Position numbers and translations under genes: made by a program
Source: an uncultured Sulfurospirillum sp.
GTDB taxonomy: Bacteria; Campylobacterota; Campylobacteria; Campylobacterales; Sulfurospirillaceae
Length of the DNA: 41,700 nt
Reading direction: 5' to 3'
Assembly (NCBI GenBank): GCA_964407605.1
Contig: CAYOWG010000001.1
Coordinates: 1 to 41,700, forward strand
Notes under the pieces: model-generated
What the model saw: only the letters and a program-made list of their open reading frames with translations
The model's database searches: none
What the model was told of the DNA's origin: nothing
In this document: in pieces, positions 1 through 9,280 of the stretch
Layout: every line of letters starts with the position of its first letter
Position numbering within the stretch: position 1 is the first letter of the stretch

Positions 1-197
1 TCAAATCTATCTACTTTATAAAGCTTGACTGAGCCCTCATAAAGATAAAAAATATCATCTTTCTCATCTTTCTCATAAAAAAGTATATCAGAAGCGACAC
101 AGTTTTTAAGTGTTGCTATTTGCGAGAGTTTTTCTAAGGTTTCATCACTGATATCAGAAAAAAATGGCATGCTTTTAAAAAGATTTTTATCTATCAA
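1..197 (-). CDS. Crp/Fnr family transcriptional regulator, N-terminal part (runs off window edge)
   Basis: Not in the ORF track. Hand translation from TTG at 197 gives MIDKNLFKSMPFFSDISDETLEKLSQIATLKNCVASDILFYEKDEKDDIFYLYEGSVKLYKVDRF, open to the edge. This is a typical cNMP-binding domain start, paralogous to 222..860. Start codon is uncertain (TTG 209, TTG 197, ATG 170). Confidence 0.85.
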   Translation of the reverse strand, partial: MIDKNLFKSMPFFSDISDETLEKLSQIATLKNCVASDILFYEKDEKDDIFYLYEGSVKLYKVDRF

Positions 198-221
198 AAT
201 GTTTTCCAACAGGCGTATATA

Positions 222-860
222 TTAGTTCTCATACATCTCCAATAACTTATCCTTATTGAGTATTTGCAACTCTTTATCTATTGCAATGAACTCTTTTTTT
301 TTGAACTTTGTCAAAGTACGTGAAAGGGTCTCGGGAGTAAGGTTTAAAATTGAAGCAACTTTTGTATTTTTTAACGAAGAAAAAAGCTCACTATGTTCTA
401 TTAGAAACTTTGCTATTTTCGCTTCAGAGGTCAAAACTACCTCATTTGTTATAACTTCGCTCATAATCTTTAGTTTTCCTGCAAGTGATTTGATGATCTG
501 CAAAGACAAATCTGGATTTTTAAAAAAGTCCTCTTCAAGCTTTTTATAGTCTATCTTTAAAACTTCACCTCTACATATAAACTCAGCAGTTGCAGGATAT
601 GGTATGTTTTCAAAGTTTGCAAGCTCAGCCACTAAACTTACTGGTAAAAACTGGTGCAAGGATATCTGATTGCCTTTGTGATTAGTCTTGTAAAGCCTCA
701 CAACACCATCAAGCAAGATATGCAAGTACCTTGGCTCTTCGCCTTCAAAAAAGAGTATTTCTTTTGAATTGTACTTTTTTATCATTGATATGGCACTTAG
801 TTTTTTTATACCCTCTTCATCTAAATGAGAGAAAAATGGTATATCTTTTATACGCTTCAT
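222..860 (-). CDS. Crp/Fnr family transcriptional regulator (NssR/Dnr-like, no Fe-S cysteines)
   Basis: cNMP-binding fold (ILFFEGE, GVVRLYK, YPATA) and C-terminal HTH (VASILNLTPETLSRTL). Only one Cys is present. Confidence 0.9.
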   Translation of the reverse strand: MKRIKDIPFFSHLDEEGIKKLSAISMIKKYNSKEILFFEGEEPRYLHILLDGVVRLYKTNHKGNQISLHQFLPVSLVAELANFENIPYPATAEFICRGEVLKIDYKKLEEDFFKNPDLSLQIIKSLAGKLKIMSEVITNEVVLTSEAKIAKFLIEHSELFSSLKNTKVASILNLTPETLSRTLTKFKKKEFIAIDKELQILNKDKLLEMYEN

Positions 861-880
861 AAATAGATATTACCATTTAT

Positions 881-912
881 TAACCTAAAAATAACCTAAA
901 AAAAGATATAAT
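881..912 (+). promoter_or_regulatory. Tandem 11-bp direct repeat (TAACCTAAAAA x2) followed by TATAAT -10 box for yggT
   Basis: Repeats at 881-891 and 892-902, TATAAT at 907-912, AGGAG SD before ATG 939. Confidence 0.5.
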
Positions 913-938
913 TTCAAAATATTTACAGGAGATGACAA

Positions 939-1232
939 ATGATACTCTCAACTTTCATTGAAGCAATAGCGCAGATTTTACACATGGTTTTAAATATATA
1001 TATGTGGGTTGTTATCATCTCAGCCCTTATAACTTGGGTAAAACCAGACCCGTACAATCCGATAGTCCAAATCCTAAGACGACTAACAGAGCCAGTTTAT
1101 GAGTATATGAGACGCTATATCCCTACTATGATATCTGGTGTTGATTTAGCTCCTATCATACTCATCATCGCTCTTCAGTTTTTTGACCTTTTTGCTATAA
1201 AGCTTCTTTTTAATATAGCTAGTGGGCTTTAA
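939..1232 (+). CDS. yggT: YggT family membrane protein
   Basis: W-x-x-PDPYNP, LTEP and GVDLAPI motifs, two hydrophobic segments. Confidence 0.92.
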   Translation: MILSTFIEAIAQILHMVLNIYMWVVIISALITWVKPDPYNPIVQILRRLTEPVYEYMRRYIPTMISGVDLAPIILIIALQFFDLFAIKLLFNIASGL

Positions 1233-2849
1233 GTGTTTAGTAGAGTCTTAATCCTCTGCCTTATTTTTTCATCTTTTAGCCTTGCGAGTGTGCCTAAAGA
1301 TATCTCGTTTTTTGATGACAAACCAAGAGGGGTTGTGAAAGACTTTCATATATACAGATACTTGACAGAAGCAAATGCAAGCTCAGAAGATGCATGGAAA
1401 CTTTTAGAGATGACGAGTCACATGAGCATGAAACTGTTTCATGCTTTTGCAGACAAACTAGATGAACCTCATGCAAAAAAAGTTTCAAAATGCCTCAAGA
1501 TGAAGCTAGAGCCACTCCTGCAAAGCGATGATGAGTGTTTAGCTATAAAGTTTTCTCCTTTTTTAGCAACTAAACTCAACAAAGAGAAGTTAAAGAGTGT
1601 AGAAAAAAGACTAGAGCAGTATGACATATCAAAAACCCTACATGTAATCTACTCTGATACTCCTTTTGAAACCCTCATAAAAGGCGACAAAGAGCTTTTT
1701 TTTAGTCTGTTTAATAGGGTTGGCTCTAAGTATAGAAGCGAGTTTTTTGACCATGAAATCAGCAAAGAGAAGATAAAAGAACTAGAACTTGACTGGAGGA
1801 TAAACTCTACTATCAAGTATGTAGTTACAGGCAGAAAATTAAAAAACTTCAATAAATCACTTATACATGTAGATAGATTTTCAAAAGTTTTATCACATAA
1901 AAGCCTGTTTTTTTTAGGACTAAATGCACTTCAACTTAGATATAAAAACCTTGCTATGGCATTTTTTGAGGAGTCTTACAAAAAAGCTTTTAGACAGATA
2001 GACAAAGACAAGATTCTCTTTTGGCAGTTTTTAGTAAGTGAAGATGAGAAATACAAAGAAGCTATCATGAAAAGTAGTGATATAAACCTATACACTCTAA
2101 TTATGAGTAAAAAACACGAACATATCGTAACTCCAACTGCTAAAGGCACACACCCAACTTACGACATAACAGACCCTTTTGGATGGACAAGGATACTAGG
2201 AGTCTCAAAAGGCAAAACTCAAGAAGAACTCATAGAAATTGCAAAAACATATCACTACAGCAACACACTTCCTCATTATGCGTTTATCATGCAAAGAGCA
2301 AGTGGATTTAAAAAGCACTATTATGCTATCCCTTATACACAATACCTAAGCAAGGAAGAGAACAAACGCATAGCACTTATCATGGCAATTGCTCGTCAAG
2401 AGAGCTATCTCATTCCCTCAGCGGTTAGCACCTCTTATGCACTTGGCATGATGCAGTTTATGCCTTTTTTGGCTAGAGCAATCGCTAAAGAGCAGAAGAT
2501 AGAAGACTTTGACTTGAGTGATATGTTTGAGCCAAAAACTGCTCTAAAGTTTGCAAACATCCATCTTGATTGGCTTGAACGATCTTTATATCATCCACTT
2601 TTTGTAGCTTATGCTTACAACGGAGGAATTGGTTTTACTAAAAGATTATTGCAATCTGGGACATTTAAAAAAGGCATATATGAGCCCTTTTTAAGCATGG
2701 AGCTTGTTCACTATGATGAGAGTAGAAAATACGGTAAAAAAGTCTTGGCAAACTATGTTATCTATATGAGACTACTAGGCGAAAAAGTATCTATTCATAA
2801 GCTTATCGAAACTCTTACAAATCCTGAAAAAACAGATAGATTTAGATAG
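1233..2849 (+). CDS. slt: Soluble lytic murein transglycosylase (Slt family)
   Basis: Signal peptide and C-terminal SLT motifs ARQES, GMMQFMP, AYNGG. Confidence 0.9.
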   Translation: MFSRVLILCLIFSSFSLASVPKDISFFDDKPRGVVKDFHIYRYLTEANASSEDAWKLLEMTSHMSMKLFHAFADKLDEPHAKKVSKCLKMKLEPLLQSDDECLAIKFSPFLATKLNKEKLKSVEKRLEQYDISKTLHVIYSDTPFETLIKGDKELFFSLFNRVGSKYRSEFFDHEISKEKIKELELDWRINSTIKYVVTGRKLKNFNKSLIHVDRFSKVLSHKSLFFLGLNALQLRYKNLAMAFFEESYKKAFRQIDKDKILFWQFLVSEDEKYKEAIMKSSDINLYTLIMSKKHEHIVTPTAKGTHPTYDITDPFGWTRILGVSKGKTQEELIEIAKTYHYSNTLPHYAFIMQRASGFKKHYYAIPYTQYLSKEENKRIALIMAIARQESYLIPSAVSTSYALGMMQFMPFLARAIAKEQKIEDFDLSDMFEPKTALKFANIHLDWLERSLYHPLFVAYAYNGGIGFTKRLLQSGTFKKGIYEPFLSMELVHYDESRKYGKKVLANYVIYMRLLGEKVSIHKLIETLTNPEKTDRFR

Positions 2850-2851
2850 CT

Positions 2852-3394
2852 CTAGTCATCTACGATTTTTGTTTCAAACCCTATGCTTTCTCCCATGGGT
2901 AGGTTTCCATACTTATCACTAAAGCTCATACTGATTGGTGTAAAACTTGATAGAGTAAGACCAAACGATACACCTTTTTTTTCCTCATCTATTGGTGCTT
3001 CCACTAAAAAATACTTAGCCCAAGGACTATGTAAAGGCAGGAGTTTTAAAATCTCATTTGTGCTATCTAGCTTTGTAACTTTTGTTATATTTTGACCGTC
3101 AATTCTAAACTTTAGCTTATCATATAGCTCTTTATCGCCTCCGCTTGCTATGTGAATATTGACTATAAATTTCTCTATATCATCTTCTTTTATGCTCTCG
3201 TGTTTAATCTCGCTTATATATGTTACAACAACAAAAGCTTTTGTTATCTCGCCATCTTTTATGCGTGCTTTTTTAGTTTGAGTTAGTGCTTGCTCTTTTA
3301 CATTGTCGAGTAGGGTTGTGTGAATATTTACTTTTTGAGAACAGCCTGTAAAAACTAATGAAATAAGCAAAATATACAAAAATCTATAAGCCAT
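2852..3394 (-). CDS. Hypothetical lipoprotein
   Basis: Start moved to ATG 3394 (AAGG SD upstream). Lipobox-like VFTG-C. Occupies the position between slt and mobB held by a lipoprotein in C. jejuni. Confidence 0.75.
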   Translation of the reverse strand: MAYRFLYILLISLVFTGCSQKVNIHTTLLDNVKEQALTQTKKARIKDGEITKAFVVVTYISEIKHESIKEDDIEKFIVNIHIASGGDKELYDKLKFRIDGQNITKVTKLDSTNEILKLLPLHSPWAKYFLVEAPIDEEKKGVSFGLTLSSFTPISMSFSDKYGNLPMGESIGFETKIVDD

Positions 3395-3477
3395 TTTTTT
3401 CCTTTTAAAAATGAATTTTATCATAATTTATGCCCTAATTGGGTATAATCCCAAATATTTTATATCTAAGGTCTATT

Positions 3478-3975
3478 ATGAGCTCTTTAGCTATCGCTTT
3501 TAGCGGTCCGTCAAATAGTGGAAAAACTACTCTTATTGTTAAAGTCGCAAATGCTTTAAAGTCAAAATACTCTTTAGCCATAGTCAAGCATGACCCAAGT
3601 GATAAGGCGGTGTTTGATAAAGAGGGTAAAGATAGCTGGAAGTTTTCACAAACTGGAGCTGAAGTCCTTGTAACAAGCCCTAAAAGAACTACTTTGTTTT
3701 CTAAAAAAGAGAAAAATATAGAAGAGATTATAGAGATGTTGGGCGATTTTGATATTCTTTTGGTTGAGGGGCTTAAAACTCTTCCGCTTCCAAGGCTTTG
3801 TGTTTTTAGAAACAAGCTTGATGAGAACTATTTTCCTATGTCAAATGCACTTGCTATCGATGATAGTATCAATCTTGATGATTATCAGATACCAGAGCAT
3901 CTTGCAATTTTAGACCTAAATAACATAGACTCTATAGTTGAGTGGATTTTAAAAAATGCAAAAAAAGTGAGATAA
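3478..3975 (+). CDS. mobB: Molybdopterin-guanine dinucleotide biosynthesis protein B
   Basis: P-loop [21 protein letters not shown]-x-K. Start moved to ATG 3478 (AAGG SD, TATAAT at 3444-3449). Confidence 0.92.
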   Translation: MSSLAIAFSGPSNSGKTTLIVKVANALKSKYSLAIVKHDPSDKAVFDKEGKDSWKFSQTGAEVLVTSPKRTTLFSKKEKNIEEIIEMLGDFDILLVEGLKTLPLPRLCVFRNKLDENYFPMSNALAIDDSINLDDYQIPEHLAILDLNNIDSIVEWILKNAKKVR

Positions 3976-3976
3976 T

Positions 3977-4813
3977 ATGACAGAGATTATTGAAGCGATA
4001 AAAAAATCTGCAATTCGTATTCGTGAAGCGATAGAGTTTGATGATGTTGGCTACTCAAAAGAGCAAAATGCGACTGGGGATACTCAACTAAAACTAGATA
4101 TAAAAAGCGATATCATCATAGAAGAGGAGTTTAGAAAAGTAAGCTCAATCAAAGAGATAATTAGTGAAGAGAAAGATAATAAAACACCTCTACATGTAGA
4201 AGGTAGATACCTCATAGGATATGACCCACTTGATGGCTCAAGCTTGATTGATGTAAATCTTAGTGTTGGTTCTATCTTTGGGATTTATGAGGGCGGATAT
4301 GCTGGAAGCAACTTGATAGCTAGTGTATATGTAGTCTATGGACCAAGAGTTGAGATGGTTGTAGCGACTGATAAAGTTCGGATGTATAGGCTCAACAAAG
4401 AAGATGAGTTTGTACATGTAAAGGATATAGTTTTAGAACAAAAAGGCAAGTTAAATGCTCCTGGTTCCACTCAAGCGTGTTGGCATCCAAAGCACAAAAA
4501 GATGATAGATGATATATTTGCCGATGGATACAGACTAAGATATAGTGGTGGAATGGTGCCTGATTTGCATCAGATACTACTCAAAGGTGGTGGGCTTTTC
4601 TCTTATCCGGCTACAAGTGATGTACCAAAAGGCAAACTTAGACTTATCTTTGAAGTATTTCCTTTTGCTTTTATCTATGAGAGAGCTGGTGGTGCTGCGA
4701 TTGATGGTGAGATGAGGATTTTAGACTTGAGCCCAAAACATGCTCATGACACAAGCCCATGTTTTTTTGGCTCAAATAGCGAGATAAAAAGGGTTTTAAA
4801 AGCCTATGGGTGA
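3977..4813 (+). CDS. fbp: Fructose-1,6-bisphosphatase class 1
   Basis: [21 protein letters not shown]-x-FE motifs. Confidence 0.95.
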   Translation: MTEIIEAIKKSAIRIREAIEFDDVGYSKEQNATGDTQLKLDIKSDIIIEEEFRKVSSIKEIISEEKDNKTPLHVEGRYLIGYDPLDGSSLIDVNLSVGSIFGIYEGGYAGSNLIASVYVVYGPRVEMVVATDKVRMYRLNKEDEFVHVKDIVLEQKGKLNAPGSTQACWHPKHKKMIDDIFADGYRLRYSGGMVPDLHQILLKGGGLFSYPATSDVPKGKLRLIFEVFPFAFIYERAGGAAIDGEMRILDLSPKHAHDTSPCFFGSNSEIKRVLKAYG

Positions 4814-4991
4814 CAGCTACCAAGATAGGCTTGATGAGACAAAAGAGAGCCTACAAAGATGTCAAGATGAAAAAAATATAGACTCATGTATGAAGTGTGA
4901 AAAAACTTTTGAATGCGAGACTAGAAAAGATTATGTAGATGCAGTTTACGAGAGCATGTCTCGCGGCGAAAGTGGCGGATTTGAATTTTAA
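4806..4991 (+). CDS. Small 4-Cys hypothetical protein
   Basis: 61 aa with C-x8-C-x2-C-x5-C and C-terminal GGFEF. Overlaps the fbp stop. Confidence 0.8.
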   Translation: MGDSYQDRLDETKESLQRCQDEKNIDSCMKCEKTFECETRKDYVDAVYESMSRGESGGFEF

Positions 4992-5000
4992 TCAAAAACA

Positions 5001-5053
5001 GTGGAGCGGGACTGGCTGCTTTTCTAAAAGAAAAGATGTCTGTACCCGACTAC
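5001..5053 (+). repeat. Long imperfect intergenic hairpin upstream of metG
   Basis: Nested pairings GTGG/CTAC, CGGG/CCCG, GGC/GTC, CTTTTC/GAAAAG. Confidence 0.55.
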
Positions 5054-5065
5054 AAAAGGAAGAGC

Positions 5066-6982
5066 ATGAATAACGAAACAAAATATGTAACAACACCAAT
5101 CTATTATGTAAACGATGTGCCACACATCGGACACGCATATACGACTATCATAGCTGACACGATGGCTAGATATTATCGCCTAAAAGGCTATAAAACTTTT
5201 TTCTTGACTGGCACTGATGAGCATGGTCAAAAGATAGAAGTAGCTGCAAAAAGTAGAGGGCGTGAACCTCAAGAGTATGCTGATGAGATTAGTGGAAAGT
5301 TCAAGACTCTTTGGGATGAGTTTGACATAAGCTACGACAAGTTTATCCGTACGACTGACGCTGAACACAAAACTGGTGTTCAAAAAGCTTTTAAGCTTAT
5401 GTTTGACAAGGGCGATATCTACAAAGGCGAGTATGAGGGGTATTATTGTGTTAGTTGTGAGACATTTTTCGCTGAAACTCAGCTTATGGATGGCGAGGGT
5501 TGTCCTGATTGCGGGAAACCTACTAAGCTTGTCAAAGAGGAGAGTTACTTTTTTAAACTCTCTGATTATCAAGAAAAATTATTAAAATGGTACAGCGAAG
5601 ATGAACAGTGCATTCTTCCAAAAGGCAAGAAAAATGAAGTCATAAGTTTTGTAAAACAGGGGCTTCGTGACCTCTCTATCACTAGGACTAGTTTTGACTG
5701 GGGTGTAAAACTACCTGAATCTATGAATGACCCAAAGCATGTTATGTATGTCTGGCTTGATGCACTTCTAAACTACATAACTGCTCTTGGTTACAGAAAA
5801 GATGATGAAAACATGGACTTTTGGCCAGCAACCATGCATCTAGTGGGCAAAGATATACTTCGTTTTCATGCTATCTACTGGCCTGCATTTTTGCTCAGTC
5901 TTGGTCTTCCTTTGCCAAAGCATATATCGGCTCACGGCTGGTGGACTAGAAATGGCGAGAAGATGAGTAAGTCAAAAGGCAATGTTGTTGATCCTAGAGA
6001 GGTAGCAGATGCTTATGGTCTTGAGAACTTTAGATATTTTTTGCTTCGTGAAGTTCCTTTTGGTCAAGATGGGGACTTTTCTCAAAAGGCTCTTATAGAC
6101 CGTATCAACTCAGACCTTGGAAATGAGTTTGGAAATCTTCTAAACCGTATTATAGGTATGAGTGGCAAGTATAGCGAGGGGAGCGTAACATCTCTACATG
6201 TAAAGGCTTTACATGTAAAAGAGCTTGATGAAGTTGAGACTATCTTGGAAAACATAGAGGAGAGACTAAATCTACTGCAAACTAACCGTTATCTTGAGGA
6301 TTTATGGAAAGTTTTAACTATAGCAAATGCTGCAATCACGACCCATGAGCCTTGGGCGAAGATGAAAAACAATGACAAAGATGGTGCTTTAGCGGTTGTT
6401 GGATTGGTGGCAAACATACTTGCACGAGTTACTGTTTTAGTGAGTCCTATCATGCCTAAAACTGCTCAAAAGATAGCGTCTGCACTTGGTTTTGAGGTCA
6501 ATACAAAGAGTTATGAAAAACTGATTGAGAAAAAAGAGCTACTTGATGATTTTGTGATAGAAAAAATCCCACCTCTTTTTCCTAGGATTGAAGAAGAGGT
6601 TTTAGAGACAACTGAACCTACTCCTAAACCAAAAAAAGAGAGTCAAAAAGATGAGTCAATCATAACAATAGACAAGTTCTTTGAAACCTCTTTGAAGATA
6701 GGAACTATTGTAGAAGCGCAGGAAGTTCCAAAAAGTGCTAGACTTTTAAAACTAAAAGTAGATTTGGGTGAAGAGAAAACTAGGCAGGTAATTGCAGGCA
6801 TTAAGGAGTATTATTCTCCAAAAGACTTGATAGATACTCAAGTATGTATTGTAGCAAATCTAAAGCCTGCAAAAATTATGGGAATGCTTAGCGAGGGGAT
6901 GCTCCTTGCTGCAAAAGATAAAGATGGACTAGCTCTAATGAGACCAGAGTCTAACAAAAAAAGTGGGACGCCTGTTGGATAA
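5066..6982 (+). CDS. metG: Methionine--tRNA ligase with C-terminal tRNA-binding domain
   Basis: TTPIYY, HIGH, Zn knuckle CVSC/CPDC, KMSKS, C-terminal OB/Trbp domain. Start moved to ATG 5066 (AAGGA SD). Confidence 0.97.
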   Translation: MNNETKYVTTPIYYVNDVPHIGHAYTTIIADTMARYYRLKGYKTFFLTGTDEHGQKIEVAAKSRGREPQEYADEISGKFKTLWDEFDISYDKFIRTTDAEHKTGVQKAFKLMFDKGDIYKGEYEGYYCVSCETFFAETQLMDGEGCPDCGKPTKLVKEESYFFKLSDYQEKLLKWYSEDEQCILPKGKKNEVISFVKQGLRDLSITRTSFDWGVKLPESMNDPKHVMYVWLDALLNYITALGYRKDDENMDFWPATMHLVGKDILRFHAIYWPAFLLSLGLPLPKHISAHGWWTRNGEKMSKSKGNVVDPREVADAYGLENFRYFLLREVPFGQDGDFSQKALIDRINSDLGNEFGNLLNRIIGMSGKYSEGSVTSLHVKALHVKELDEVETILENIEERLNLLQTNRYLEDLWKVLTIANAAITTHEPWAKMKNNDKDGALAVVGLVANILARVTVLVSPIMPKTAQKIASALGFEVNTKSYEKLIEKKELLDDFVIEKIPPLFPRIEEEVLETTEPTPKPKKESQKDESIITIDKFFETSLKIGTIVEAQEVPKSARLLKLKVDLGEEKTRQVIAGIKEYYSPKDLIDTQVCIVANLKPAKIMGMLSEGMLLAAKDKDGLALMRPESNKKSGTPVG

Positions 6983-7928
6983 AATAGACGCAATCGTACG
7001 CATAAGTTCTGGGGTTTTGTTAAATACTCCAGCAGTTGAATTGATTGAAGATATTAGAACCTCTTGCTTGTCAGTCAAAAGAGGTGATATGTTTATAGAT
7101 ATAAATAACTCAAAAGAAGAAGTTCAAACAGCAGTTAAGAATGGGGCATACTGTATAATGTCAGCTTCAAGTTATGAAATTGGCGATGAAGAGATAGCTT
7201 GGATACATACAAACGACCTAGAGATGGGCATAGTAAAGCTTGCTCGTTATTTTGCAAGTAAAAAAAGTCTTAGATTTATACAGCTTGCTTCTGTTCAGTT
7301 TGAGCTTGCAAGGTGCTTACGCATAGAGACAAAAGCTAGGCTTTTATCAAGTTTGCCTTCAAGGGCTCTGCTTGAGATATTGTCTTGCGAGGATGAAGCT
7401 CTATTTTTTGTCATTAAAAACTCATTTATAACAGATATTGACCCGACAGTTAAAGAGTATGCACTTAAAAAAGAGCCTGCGTATCTTTTAGAAAATAGTA
7501 TCTTTTATACATCTTTTGCATACAAAGAGAGATTTATAAAAGATATTAGATTATCAGCTTTTTTTGTTCCTTATCTCTGTTCATTGATGGACCTGCTTGA
7601 TGAGTTAAACATAGAGTTCAAAATCGATAATTTTAATAACTTTAAGCACTTTTATCCTCGTTTTGTTAGCTCTAAGATGGGAAAGAGAGATTTTGGGACG
7701 ACTAGGCAAGCACTTATATATGAGTGTGATTTTGAGCTTTTTGAAAAAGAGTTAGCTTTTCTTAAAGATAGAGTTGATGAAAATCTACTTATTAGCTTTA
7801 CATGTAAAGATAAAGCTATAACAGTTTTAGAAAAAACTGACTTTAGATATGCTCTTATATATACAGAAAAAGATGATTTTGATGAGTTGCTTTGTGAGAA
7901 AAAACCAGTACAGATGGAGCTCTTTTAG
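6963..7928 (+). CDS. Hypothetical protein with Mur-ligase-like N-terminal domain
   Basis: VKRGDMFI...AVKNGAYCI resembles the MurE/MurF N-domain. No P-loop. Start uncertain. Confidence 0.7.
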   Translation: MGRLLDKIDAIVRISSGVLLNTPAVELIEDIRTSCLSVKRGDMFIDINNSKEEVQTAVKNGAYCIMSASSYEIGDEEIAWIHTNDLEMGIVKLARYFASKKSLRFIQLASVQFELARCLRIETKARLLSSLPSRALLEILSCEDEALFFVIKNSFITDIDPTVKEYALKKEPAYLLENSIFYTSFAYKERFIKDIRLSAFFVPYLCSLMDLLDELNIEFKIDNFNNFKHFYPRFVSSKMGKRDFGTTRQALIYECDFELFEKELAFLKDRVDENLLISFTCKDKAITVLEKTDFRYALIYTEKDDFDELLCEKKPVQMELF

Positions 7929-8341
7929 TGATAGAACTAGACAATCAAACCCATGTAAAAATCGACATAGAGATGCTAGAGTCTATATCAAATGAAAAAA
8001 AAGTGATTGAGCTGATTATAACTGATGATAAAACTATGCATAGCATCAATATGGAACAAAGAGGCATAGATAAACCAACTGATGTGCTCAGTTTTCCACT
8101 AGAAGATTTTCCTCATTTTCCACTAGGCTCAATCGTTATCAATAGTGATTTAGCTCAAATAAGGGCAGATGAACTAGGTCATACCTTGAGTGATGAGATT
8201 GTTTTGATGTTTATTCATGGTTTTTTACATCTAAAGGGATACGACCACGAAAAGGATAATGGAGAGATGAGAAAAGAGGAAAAGAGATTTATAAAAAAGT
8301 TTAATCTACCAAAAAGTTTAATAGTAAGAATGGAGAGTTAA
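7928..8341 (+). CDS. ybeY: rRNA maturation endoribonuclease YbeY
   Basis: DKPTDVLSFP and HGFLHLKGYDH metal motif. Confidence 0.96.
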   Translation: MIELDNQTHVKIDIEMLESISNEKKVIELIITDDKTMHSINMEQRGIDKPTDVLSFPLEDFPHFPLGSIVINSDLAQIRADELGHTLSDEIVLMFIHGFLHLKGYDHEKDNGEMRKEEKRFIKKFNLPKSLIVRMES

Positions 8342-9276
8342 TGGAATATATAATATTTTTAGTTTCAATGAGTGCATTGATATACGGAGCAAATCATATC
8401 ATAATTGAGTCGGAGAGAATCGCACTTCACTTCAATATATCATCTTTTGTCATAGGTGCAACACTTATAGCAGTAGGAACAAGCCTGCCTGAGATGGCTG
8501 CAAGCATGGCAGCGAGTAGTATGGGTAAGCCAGAGATGGCAGTTGCCAATGTCATAGGAAGTGTGACTTTTAACATTGCTATGATTCTAGGAGTAGTGTT
8601 TATAATTTTTAAAAATATATTACTAAAAAGAGATCTATTTAAAAACGATAGTGCTTGGGGTCTTTTTCCATTTTTAATCTTTATCGTTATGGCTTATGAT
8701 GGTGTGATAAGTATGTTTGATGGAGTAGTTTTTCTTATCTTGATGGCAGGTTATCTTCTTTTTCTTAGCAAAAATGCGAAGGCGATAGAGGGAGAGGTAG
8801 ATATCTCTTTGGCTGAAGAAAAATTTGCTTGGGGTAAAACAATCTTGATCCTTCTTTTAGGTTTTGGACTTGTAATTATCGGAGCAAACTACACTATCGA
8901 GAGTGCCTCAACTATAGCTAGAGGGCTAGGAATATCTGAGTGGGCTATATCACTGATTCTCATTGCATTTGGTACGAGTCTGCCAGAACTAGCAGTAAGC
9001 ATAACTGCTGCAAGAAAAGGCAATGCTGATATAATAATCGGAAACATCGTAGGAAGCAATGTGGCAAACTTTACGATAGTTCTTGGAGCTGCGGCAATCG
9101 TAAATCCTCTTAATGTTGATTTTGCAAAATATGGTTTTGATATACTTTGTGCTGGAGTTGCAACTATAATGCTGATTTTTATCACAGCGAACAAACTATA
9201 CAACAAATCAGCAGGCTTAGCACTTTTGGCTGTGTTGGCACTTATGCTTCATAATTCTTTAAAAGTATTTTTATAA
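8341..9276 (+). CDS. Calcium/sodium (cation) antiporter, YrbG/CaCA family
   Basis: Two alpha repeats GTSLPE, with NVIGS/NIVGSN, and about 10 TM segments. Confidence 0.92.
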   Translation: MEYIIFLVSMSALIYGANHIIIESERIALHFNISSFVIGATLIAVGTSLPEMAASMAASSMGKPEMAVANVIGSVTFNIAMILGVVFIIFKNILLKRDLFKNDSAWGLFPFLIFIVMAYDGVISMFDGVVFLILMAGYLLFLSKNAKAIEGEVDISLAEEKFAWGKTILILLLGFGLVIIGANYTIESASTIARGLGISEWAISLILIAFGTSLPELAVSITAARKGNADIIIGNIVGSNVANFTIVLGAAAIVNPLNVDFAKYGFDILCAGVATIMLIFITANKLYNKSAGLALLAVLALMLHNSLKVFL

Positions 9277-9280
9277 ACCA

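Noticed and set aside
55-76. CATCTTTCT tandem repeat
   Set aside because: A 9-bp in-frame repeat encoding EKDEKD in the Crp paralog.
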